From the NCBI RefSeq assembly GCF_964204645.1, contig NC_134027.1:11254485-11318484 (forward strand): 64,000 nucleotides of DNA, read 5' to 3'. A program made the translations under genes and the position numbers. The stretch comes from Tubulanus polymorphus (Eukaryota > Animalia > Nemertea). The notes below the pieces were generated by a model. That model made no database searches, was not told where the DNA came from, and worked only from the letters and a program-made list of their open reading frames with translations. This document shows positions 52,637 to 64,000 of the stretch, piece after piece. Positions within the stretch are counted from its first letter, which is position 1, and every line of letters starts with the position of its first letter.

Positions 52637-53270
52637 CTCCCTCTCCCTCTCCCTCTCCCTCTCCCTCTCCCTCTCCCTCTCCCTCTCCCTCTCCCTCTCC
52701 CTCTCCCTCTCCCTCTCCCTCTCCCTCTCCCTCTCCCTCTCCCTCTCCCTCTCCCTCTCCCTCTCCCTCTCCCTCTCCCTCTCCCTCTCCCTCTCCCTCT
52801 CCCTCTCCCTCTCCCTCTCCCTCTCCCTCTCCCTCTCCCTCTCCCTCTCCCTCTCCCTCTCCCTCTCCCTCTCCCTCTCCCTCTCCCTCTCCCTCTCCCT
52901 CTCCCTCTCCCTCTCCCTCTCCCTCTCCCTCTCCCTCTCCCTCTCCCTCTCCCTCTCCCTCTCCCTCTCCCTCTCCCTCTCCCTCTCCCTCTCCCTCTCC
53001 CTCTCCCTCTCCCTCTCCCTCTCCCTCTCCCTCTCCCTCTCCCTCTCCCTCTCCCTCTCCCTCTCCCTCTCCCTCTCCCTCTCCCTCTCCCTCTCCCTCT
53101 CCCTCTCCCTCTCCCTCTCCCTCTCCCTCTCCCTCTCCCTCTCCCTCTCCCTCTCCCTCTCCCTCTCCCTCTCCCTCTCCCTCTCCCTCTCCCTCTCCCT
53201 CTCCCTCTCCCTCTCCCTCTCCCTCTCCCTCTCCCTCTCCCTCTCCCGCTCCCGCTCCCGCTCCCGCTCT
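52637..53270. repeat. (CTCTCC)n hexamer tract of ~100 units, ending in (CCCGCT) variants
   Basis: Read directly from the sequence; it produces the artefactual poly-LP, poly-ER and poly-GE ORFs. Confidence 0.97.
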
Positions 53271-55860
53271 GAAATTTGCAAAAACAATTTTTATTGGTTC
53301 AAGCGAAAACGACTGTACAAATGACACAACGTTGTGACATTCAGCGACACAGCCAGCGTATCGCGTATCTCATCATCACCGTCTTCATCATCATCATCGA
53401 TTCCTAGTCTGGGAATAATAAAAGCCTCGTGAACGTGACGTCTTTAGATAATAAGTCGCATCTTCCAACTAATAGCGATGATGATCATTACGAAGCCACA
53501 TATAGGCGTGTAGAATTAGTAAGATAAGTGACTTGTTATTGGTTCCCCCATACTCACTTGGAAAAATTATTCAATTAACATGTTGTTTTCCACTTACAGT
53601 TTTTGCTTCCGCACCCTCATTTGCGGTTTACCCCACACTCAAATCAACCTCAGATCTAAATCCAACCTGCATTTCAGAGCTTTTATTATTGATTTCACCG
53701 AACTAGAAATACCGGCCCAACTGTTTACGCGAGCGCCTGTTTGGCCTAACCTAAAACTTCTTGTGTTTTACTTACAATTGGTTCCAGAAGTGACGCATTT
53801 CGATTTATTTTGTTTAGTATGGAGTGAGTGTGATTGCGCTCGCTCGCTAATTAGGCACCGGCCGAATTGCGATATCATCTCCGCGTTATCGCGGTTCTTA
53901 AATTTAAAATAATTCACCGAGCGTCACCTAACTGGAAATGACTGAAGGAAGCGACCGAATGAAAGTTGACACCAAAAACTAACATCGGGATGGAAAGTGT
54001 ATTCAACTTCGAATCTGATTAATCACCGGTAATATCCTCGTTGTCGTAGGGGCAATGAAATTTAGTATCACAGACGAGTGCGCGAGTGATAAATGACACG
54101 ATCAAAAACCGTGTTTCCATTTAGTGTTCGACTGTTGTAAAAATCGCGAATCCGACGATCCACATCGGTAACCATCACGCACGATGTATCGAGCGCGATG
54201 GCTCTCATTAATAAACCGCTGGCTCAATCAACCGTAGGCGCTCTAAACCTTAATTAAGAGTCGAGTTTCGATATGGCCAGTGGACAGCTTATGCCTTGTC
54301 GAGAATCAATTACAAACCGTGATCTCGTCGTATCTTATTTGCCCTAATAATTGATTTCTACTCGGTTACATTAGACGGTCTAGCTAGCTTGCTACGCGGT
54401 GCGAGTACCGTCTATATTTTCCATCTGATCGTCATCGATCTCGGCGTCGAGCAATAAAGCGGCAACCGAACCTTTCCAAATAATGAACCACGCAGCCAGA
54501 CGGTTTTTTTTATGGAAGAAGAATTACGCGAGCGCGTTGGTATGAAGTTTATCTGTTTAGATAAGAGGCGGCGATGTTAGATAAATCGATCTCTTTGAAT
54601 AACTGATAACAAGCGAAATGTTTACCCTTTGTAGTTGATATCATTAAAGAAATCGACGCGTAAATCACTAGCCGTCCCATTAGACGGCGGGTCATTTCTA
54701 ACTTCATTCCTCAAATAATTGTTCATCATCATCAAAAATAATGATAATAATAATAATAATTCTAATAATAATCTTCATTCTTCAAAGAAATGGAAACACT
54801 TTAACATAATATTCATACATAGATATAAATACAAGTATGAATCGTGCCGTTATCAATTGAAGGAATCAAGTGAAGCAAACGCTTGTTGATCTGGGCATCC
54901 ACACTACACCCACTCATCGCAAATATTCACGGATTCACACACAAGATATAGTATAGTAAACACGGCTGAAAAATAATGACGAAGACGAGATACGTTTCTA
55001 GTAGCATTCGTTCGAAAAATGCTTGACAAGTAATAATACGTTGTCATCGGCGCGGTTTTCACCGGGCTCATCGTCGCTGAACTGTTATAAAACCAACAGT
55101 GATGAAAACCGACGCGCACCGTCGCAATAACACGGCTAAATGAAGTGCGTCAAATCGTTGACGTATGCTACGTGATAATTGAAGCGTGAAATTTGAAGAA
55201 GCCGCCGAAATTGAGGATGAATATCTTTGAACGATGGCCCGTCGACTTGGATCGAGCGTCAAAAATGGTATTTACAACGATATCAAGGTCGGGTTCACGT
55301 AGAATGAGGTTAAGCATTAACAATGATCGCCCCTATATATCAAAGGTCGGTTGCCTGAGAATGATTTACGGGGGCATAATTTTTCGACGTAAAGTTGACG
55401 CGAAGCATGGTCTTAAGAAGATATGAGGATTCTACGGTCATGTCTGACTGACGAACAACATTTGTTCATCCGAGCATCAAATGTGTGATAGAGCGCGATA
55501 ACGCAATAACGCACAGAGGGGCAATACGCCTTATGCCCCCTGAGCGCCATGCACCGAGTAAATGCCGATAAACAAGAAACGCAGTATACCGAAATATCGA
55601 AACAAGAAAGAAACATTGTTTCCATGTGCAACGATGTCAGAGTAGGGAAACAAGAAATGCAATAACTAATAACGTGACTGATCAAAATCACTGCCAGTTC
55701 GATATCACGTGATCACTACAGGCGCTGTTGGTTTGCTTCAGTATGTTTATTGTTTCACAAGTGGGCTTGGGGGGGTATAGTGGGGTTGAGTACGAAACTG
55801 GGCTTGGCACTAGGAACTACGCGTGTCAATTGTGTAAACTAACAAATTTGATTCATTAAA

Positions 55861-56132
55861 ACCTTTTCAGTGCATCTACACCCCAGTGCAGTGTATATAT
55901 CCATATATACATTTTGCTAGTACACCGCATCACAGCATTATTATAAGTTATTGATATTATTAGTTGTTGACAGTGTTAAAAGATGGTAGCATCTGTCAAA
56001 CAGTAAAATTTCAGTAACTAATGGTACACAGCGACCCAGTGTAGACGCACTAAAACAGTATGGCTGTTATTTTGAAAACTTTCTATATTATCTCAAGCAC
56101 TTTCAGGTACTAATCGGTGAGCACTGAAAGGG
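55861..56132. mobile_element. piggyBac-like non-autonomous element (copy 3, inverted; partial fourth copy ~61500-61688)
   Basis: ACCTTTTCAGTGC ... GCACTGAAAGGG|TTAA; internal TACACCGCA / TGTAGACGCA motifs shared with the other copies. Confidence 0.65.
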
Positions 56133-59100
56133 TTAAGGAGGACAACTATAGTACATTGAACAGCAGAACCTAATTAAAAAGAATATGGTTCTAACAAGTT
56201 AATCAGATATGAGAAACGAAAAAATTCAATCAGCAATAAATCAAACTAATCAAGCTTTAGCAACCATCACACAAGCATTTATCACCCAGGCCAACTATTC
56301 ACACGGGTACCAAATTGGCCTTTTTGACCAAAAAAGTTGAACCAGGCCTGTGCCTTATTCAGTATGGGTCAATTTAGCCTACAAATGCTAACTGGTTCCG
56401 GAAGTGATTCACTTCACTACGTCAGGGCATTGTTTAGTATCGAGTGAGTGGTTTGCGTGCAGACACAATCTCTAATTAGCTACGCGCCAAATTTGACTCG
56501 GGTCTGATCGGGGTAAGTTAGACCCAGGCCGAATCGTTCGCGTGTGATGAAGAACGATTTACTGGCGAGCCGGACCTAGTGGTAGCGTGTCTAATACGCA
56601 GTCGATATTAATTCGTCTCGTGCTGCGCTTTGCGAGTTTGATTGTTTAATGGTTATCCGATAATCATAAATACACAAACCATTCCGCACGAAGGAAATGG
56701 GCAAATTTGTCTGTATAAACACGCGGGTGATGCGTTACTACTTTAGATCGAGTCGAATGCCCGGGTTAGCCGCCGAATACGTATGTGAACTCCGGTCTAC
56801 TACCGATACGGCGAATGTTTGTCTGCCCTTAAATGACTCGATTTCCCACAGGTCGTAAAATATTTTATTATCCCACGCATTTCATTTTCACGAAAACGCT
56901 TCGAAATTGATTCCACGCGATAAAAAAATAGGAAATGATGATACGGACTATATGAATCATTAATGAATCATTAACGCTTTTATTTCTATTGAACTCAAGT
57001 ATTTAGTTTACTATAGCGACCTACTGTTTGATTTAATGGTTTATCTTTGAGTTTGACTAGATGTCATTGGGTACAAGTCGAATAAGGATTCAGGGTCCCT
57101 TAGTCATAATAGAATTGAATTGTTGAAGGGGCTCACAGCAAATTGGGCATTTACTATATCCCAATATATATCACTATATATTTACTATATATATGGCAAA
57201 TGAAATGTATATTTCTATTTCTAAGTCAGTTAGAATGAGAAGGTCATTATTGAAAACCAGAATACAATCTAGATTGTTGTACTTTGGGCAGGCTCTACAT
57301 AAACGGATTATCAAGGTTCTGATTCAACCAAAAATTAGGCCTCGTGCGACCTTCTTGGCCAGGCCAAATTCGCCCCACGTCAAACAGGCACGGGCCCACT
57401 TGGCGAACAGTTGACCCAGGAATAATCTGGTTATGGGCCAAAAAGGTTCGTTTGATGGCAGCTCAAGTGTGGTATTTTCTATAACAAACAACACAGACAA
57501 ACGGCCATTGGCCATCGGGTGGATTCCCGCCTTAATCCCCAACGCACATGGCATGTTTTTTGTTTCATCAAAAAGAAACCATGTTTTGCTGCTCCCAAAC
57601 TATCATACGTATGATCAACACACATGGCATAATAGAAATGCGCATAAAACAGATTTCGCACCATGTTATCCATAGCACAACAATACACACGGTTATTCCG
57701 TGGGCTATATTTCTCGGTTTTGGTTTTTTCGGTAATATAAGCCTCTCGAATAGGTCTCGAATATCTTTGTCATGTATATAAACATTAAATACTGCTTTCT
57801 AGATATGTTACTCCTCGCGTGAATGTAGTTCCATCGTTATTCACATCAAGTGGAAAAAACATTTTTCCCGTGCCATGTGTGCTGGGCTTTAGTAGAAATT
57901 TAATATACCGTAATCACCAACCCTAGATACCGATTTCTAGATGTCTAAGTGTGAATATAGCTTATACATAAATCATGAATCTAAAAAGGACTGTATACAT
58001 TTTTTCATTTGGAATTTCATTCCCGTTTCTAATAAGCTCGGTAAGCCTCGTCTAAGTATACTCAACACTAAATACCCAAGTATGAATGTAGGTTATATCA
58101 GAAAGACTATCACCATTAAACCGAAATCCGAAACAAGCCCGGCGCGCGCGCACTTGCATTTTATCACAAAAGACGGCATTAAAATTCATTACAGAATTCT
58201 CGGTCCCGCCGATCGTCGTCAGACCCCCCCGCGCGCGTCAGTCTGTTATTTCATCCGACGCAATCGAATATTCGCAGCGCCGTTTTAGAACACGCACTCC
58301 ATTAACCAATTATCCACCGCGAAGACTAAATCCTCGTGGCTTTACATAAAATGTAATATGGCTATGTTTTCGATCTTCAAAGCGCTAACCGAGATGATAT
58401 TATCAGCGAATTTGCTTTATGATTTTAAGGCGTGCGCTGGCGTCGTCGTCTCAAAGCCGCGGCGGCAAATTACATTTCGTGTACATACGGTATGATTCAA
58501 TCACATAAGTAAGATCCCAATACTTTCCGTCTCTTATTTCGTCGCCTCGCATCATCGTAGCCCGGTTACTTTAATCTCGCCTTTGGCCAAATTCCAGAAA
58601 ATCTTTATCTAAAAAGACTACTGGACGAGCTGATATTACACGGTATTGATTAAGGCGTTTTAGGCGTATCGATATTGTGTAGCGTCGTTCAACGAGCATA
58701 ACGATGAAAACACGAAACGTTTTATCAGCGATGTAAGCGTTTAAGTGCCGAGAAACACAATTTCCGAAGAAAAACATACATTTTTTATCTCTCACCCCGC
58801 CTCGAGCCACATAAGGCTTTTTTTTAGATTATTTGAAGTATGGATCCACCACCCAGAATTCTGCATCTTTTTTAGTACTCCTTCGTGTTTTCATCACAAA
58901 AAAATCTTCATTTTATTTTTTCCCCGTTCCCTTCCATTTTAAACTGCCTATAACGAAAAAGATTATTCTATTTCTAACCTTTTCCCTTCGCCCCATTTTT
59001 TCCTGAAAAAATCTGTACTCCAAGTTTAATTAGCGCTTTGATTGGGTGTCGCTAGCTATCTCGCCAGACGGCGTGACATAAGCCGCGATCCGACAGGCAT

Positions 59101-62100
59101 TTTTGGCCAGGGACAAATCTAGCCCAACCAAGTCGGACCAGGCCCGAGCTGAATTTTAGCATTTGTTTGAGCCTTTTTTAGTATGGAGTGAGTGGTTTGT
59201 GTGTGAGCGCTCTCTCTAACTAGGCACGGGTTAAAATCTGGCTCGAGTCCGATCTGGGCCAAACTGTCTCCGTGTGATCGTGGCCTAATAGTGGGTCTTG
59301 GAGAGGTATATTAGTGTACTTGATGGCGATTTGGTAATTTGTTTATTCGAATTCAGAATTAGATGTTATCGTTTTACCTGTAAATAGATTATCAAGCTAG
59401 ATAGTTTACGCTCTGCTTGTAATGTTTTTGGCGATGAACTAGATTTCATTTTTGTTTGCACTCTACTTAATGAAATCCGCGAAAAACCATATCAATTCGA
59501 ACACTATTCAGAATATCCCAAAACCCAGTTATATTAGCTAAATTCATCAAAATAGGCTTAGATGAAGATAAAGATCGCTCCAATAGTTAATGTATGGTAA
59601 ATAGCCCTGTTCGACATTATGGGCCGGGCTAAATTGGGCCCGGGTCAAAACGCTCGTGTAATAGCGGCTTACGTCACGCCGTCTGGTGAGGTAGCTTTTA
59701 GCAACGCCCGATCGAAGCGCTAATTAAACGTGCTCATGCTTCGCCCGCGCCGATGCTGGAAAATAATAACAATACGTAACGCCGCTGACCGATTTAAGCG
59801 ACACTAACACGCAATTTACGAGAGCTATCAGAGGCGCACGATCGTAGAACAACTGAAACTAATTGAGTCTCGATAGTACATCAAATCCGATACATATAAT
59901 TTCATCGAGTGTAAGGGAAAGAGCGGTCATGCGTTCAGTCGTCGTAGATTACAATGAACGTTCAATAATTCATCGTCTAATCTTAATTCGATTATAGCGC
60001 GCGACGACGAAATCGCCGCCGGTATTTGGCGACATTTTTTTTCCTCAGCTGCGGCGCCGGATAATGTCCTAAATCCATAGCAGAACTGACAACTCATTAT
60101 TTCTTTTTGGGCCCAGTTTTCAACACGATTGAGCGTAATTTCAGCGTACCTTTGGCATCATAAATAGTAATTCGATTGAAAATATATCTGATTTCAAGAA
60201 TATACTATAATACCCTGAATGAAATCATTCCTTATCATGTTTTCGGTGTTCATATCATACACGTTAATTCTACAATTTCCCATGGCCATTTTTCCTGAGC
60301 ATCTTTCCTCAATTCCTCAAGAGCTTAGTAGCAGTCAGGTCTGATTCAATAAATGAGGGTACATTGGATCCTCCGTTTTTCAAACAAGAATAGACACTCT
60401 TATTAATCCGCATTCATACTCAAAACTCACAGGTATGTACTGATATACACACATGATGAGGTCCTAAATCTTTTTTTATTTGAACGAAAAGAAAAAAACG
60501 CGATATAACACGCGACGGATCGATTGCTCAATCCTCTGCGAAGTATGACTGAATTATAACAAGTGATTCGAGAACGAGCGTTGCCCCGGGGGTGGGGGAA
60601 GAACTCACGAGTACTACGACGAGGACTACGATCGCGGCTGATGATAACTACTTGATCGGATTATACCCGCGCGGCGCGCACACGCATGCCATGGCTACGA
60701 GGGCCTCTAACCGTGCGCGATACGTAACGCGATCGCTTGAACGAGCAACGAACCGTTACCCGGCTCGATGGGATACGTTCGTCGTCGTCGCGTCTATTTT
60801 TCATTTCAAACGGGAAATGAGACGGAAATCAGCGCATCTCATTACAAGAGAACAGCAGGCGCGCTCCGTTAAAAACCTCGTTGAAGCGAGACATCGTCGT
60901 CGTCGTCGGTTGGCTATCACTTTTTGCAGATTATTATTATGAACGAACGAACAATAAATTATAGCTTATCTCGTCGTTGCCAGGTGTAGACGGATGTCTT
61001 TTCGCGACTAACGCAGGTATCGTCGTTCGGCTGCCTCGTCCTACCCCTCGGTAGACAAATAGACAATTTATCGCTGTCTTTCAAATTGATAACTCGAATC
61101 ACTTTCATAGGTGGTTGATTGAATACCCGACTTAAGGGTGATCCGGGGACAAGAGCCGCAATCACACGAGCACTTTTGGCCTGGAATGACTGCTCATACG
61201 GGTACCAAATGGGCCCGAGCCCAAGAACCCAATAAGTTTACTAAGTTTATACCAGAGTTCAAAGGAAAGGTGTTCTCCATGCCACCGTAAAGATGCAGAT
61301 GGTGATGAAATTGACAAAAAGGGGGAGTCTCAGAGAATACCCTTATTCCAAAATTGTCCTTTTGTTTTACAGAAACTACCCTTACGGTATTTATTTTTTG
61401 TTTTTTGGACAATATTGTTGTATTCTTTTTGAATAAAGTGCTTTGCGAAGTCTGAGAAGAATTCCACCCAACTCTTATGAATAGCAGGCATACCGCTATA
61501 ATGCACCTACACAGTGTGGTGCGGTGTATCACTAGTTACTAATATTTCACTATGTTTGACAGGTGCTGCCATCATACATAACAGACAAAAAATACTGATG
61601 ACATCAATACACTGTGATGCCAAGTGCTAGCAAAGTCATCACTGATTTTATACACCGCACTGCGGTGTAGACGCACTGAAAGGGCTAACAGGACTTAAAA
61701 ACGGCCACCATACAACTAATTGTGCCAAATCCCTTGTGCCGAATGCCTTCATCTATACAATGAAGGATAATCTACGCGAAAATTGAGCATTTTCATCAAT
61801 GGAGCACATAATAGTATGAACTCGATATCAAGGTAGCGTCTTTTTAGTTTCGGTGACTGAAAATAGCGATAATGACGATAATAAGGCCGATAATATCGTC
61901 GAGTAAAACGAGGCACAGCAACGCGCGAGTAGCAAAAAAAAACTCGACGACTCGACGAGATGCCAGTTGAGTGTTTACGAGATCGAGAACGTCGCACGCT
62001 GAGTCAGTACTGTTGACCGACGATACGAGCAGTTCGTAAGTGCTGACGGTATGTTTAATGACATCGATACGAGAGGCAGAAAGACGTTGTTGGGCGGCTA

Positions 62101-64000
62101 TTATTGCTATCAGACGCGGCTGTTAGTGACGGCAGATGGAACAGTTCTATGGATAGTCGTCAATGTCTTTAACCCTCATACGAACGGAAAATGACACTCC
62201 TGAACCGTGCGACTTTTGTTGGGAACGCAGTGGCATATCCTTGGCCTAGGTTTCAAAGGAAATCAAAGTTACCCCTGGGGATAAGTCCTCCACCAGGATC
62301 CAGTTCCACAGTTATGAGTTAAAGGTAACCCTGAGTTTAATCAATAGATTTTTGATGAGTTAACTCGAGAGACAAATCTAAACTCAGAACTACGGAACTG
62401 TGTCCTGGTTGACAACCACTGTAGTAGCAATGAGAAAGGGTAGCAATTACTGACATATTTTTCAAAAAATATCCAGGGATGGTTTTGCCACAAATTCATA
62501 AATACACCAAAATCAAAGGCGTATTTCTTGAAATCTGAGCGCTGAAGCAGCAGCACAAATGGACATTGAAATTGTAGCCTAGGGAGATCCATTTTATAGT
62601 TACTTTGATGCCACCTCCATTTCATTCACGTGGAAAACATAAATCCCTCGCGTGAAGGTATAGCGTACTGCACCACCCCTCGATATAGAAGACGATATCA
62701 GCAGGTTGAACTTTTTCATATTTCATAACGATTTTCAGTCGTTAATGAAGAGAAACTGATACACGCGAAACAACCTACGTGGCAGGTGGCAACGAATCTT
62801 GATAAGTAGGAAATAATGCGAATGAGACTAACTATAATGCGTCTTGTTCGATGCGTTTAACAGTTTTCACGGGCAATAACCGACATCGAAACGACACCGA
62901 TAAAATCTCCGTCTAAGCCCATTAAACGATTCTATAAAAAGCAACTAATACTCGTTTTAGTGCCGCGATAGTACTCGTTTCTGCTATCGGACACGCGACA
63001 CGAAATAAATCTAAGTGGCCGAAGCTGACGAGTGATGTCCAATCGATATTTGATTCTCCTTTTACCGGAAGCGTACGTTTTTGTTTTTCGCGATATGCCT
63101 ATCAGAATAGCACTAGAAATAGACGTTGAAACAGGTGGGCCGATGCTTTCGCACCTAAGCACGAAACCTTAGCACGAATACGCGTTTTACATCAATCCAC
63201 ATTCATTCAAATCGGGATTGAGATGTATTTGTGTCGACAGCCGCGATTGGGCCAAAATTGGCACGGATCATGTAGCCCACAAACCCACCTCCTAAACCAC
63301 TCACTCGATACTAAACAATGCTTAAACAAAGCGAAGTGAGTTACTTCCAGAATTAGTTGTGATTCACACGCAATTATTTGACCCGTGCTAAAATTTGGGT
63401 CGAGCCTGGTCCGACGATTATGTTTCGGCACGCACTCATTTGGCACCTGTTTTAGGAGCTGCGATCACAAGAGTTTTTGGTCCGATCAAAATGGGCCCAC
63501 GCTAGCAATCACTAGCAAAAAAGCAACAGGAAAACGATGATAGAATTTTTTGAATCACTCTCAATATTGGCACAACTTAAGCAGGCTTACTAAGCGCCGA
63601 ATCACGTGTGAACGCAACTCGCTCTGTAACCGCGGTATTCTGGCATATTCGGCACTAAACCTCGTAAGCCCAGAATCCCACGCGAAACGTAGCCTATTTT
63701 CGCCAGGTAGAATCTGGATCTATCGAGACCTAGTGATCTTGCAAGTTGCTAGATGTGAATTCAACAAATGTGGATCCATTCCATTTGCCTTTTTTCAAAT
63801 TGTAGACATTCTAAAACGGCATTCACTCTCCAGCGTACACGGGAAGTTTTAAAAAAAATTGGGCCAAACTGAACTCTAAACGGGGGCCCCCAGGTCACCT
63901 TACGATGCAACGGAACTAGGAACAATTATCGCTAATTGCAGTCATTAATGATTTAAATGACTAACCACGACCATATCACGCCAAAACTTCCGCATAAATA

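Noticed and set aside
52497-53327. Long poly-GE, poly-LP and poly-ER ORFs
   Set aside because: Translations of the stop-free (CTCTCC)n repeat, with no other sign of coding.
47000-64000. Search for conserved microRNA, snRNA or SL RNA genes and for a nested protein-coding gene in the large DDX1 intron
   Set aside because: None recognised by eye; an Infernal/miRBase scan and spliced alignment are needed to exclude them.

Overview
Intron-rich, AT-rich genomic DNA of an animal, probably an invertebrate (inferred from gene content and repeats). Gene order, reconstructed by hand from GT-AG junctions and reading-frame continuity: last exon of RBM39 (+); a 5-exon, ~1191-aa gene encoding an N-terminal mitochondrial presequence, two tandem HAD-family phosphatase domains, an internal presequence-like linker and a complete choline dehydrogenase (GMC) domain (+); DHODH (-, 9 exons) with an intronless 7TM GPCR nested antisense in intron 3; MUL1/MAPL (+), head-to-head with DHODH; UBA2/SAE2 (+, 15 exons); and the five 3' exons of DDX1 (-), followed by >17 kb with no recognisable exon. 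The non-coding DNA holds many MITE-like elements, a minimal type I hammerhead ribozyme of the Penelope-associated type, and a ~630-bp (CTCTCC)n tract. The best candidate for a new system is the HAD-HAD-CHDH fusion: a possible mitochondrial phosphocholine->choline->betaine aldehyde polyprotein that may be cleaved internally by MPP. No database searches were run, and family calls come from recognising motifs.
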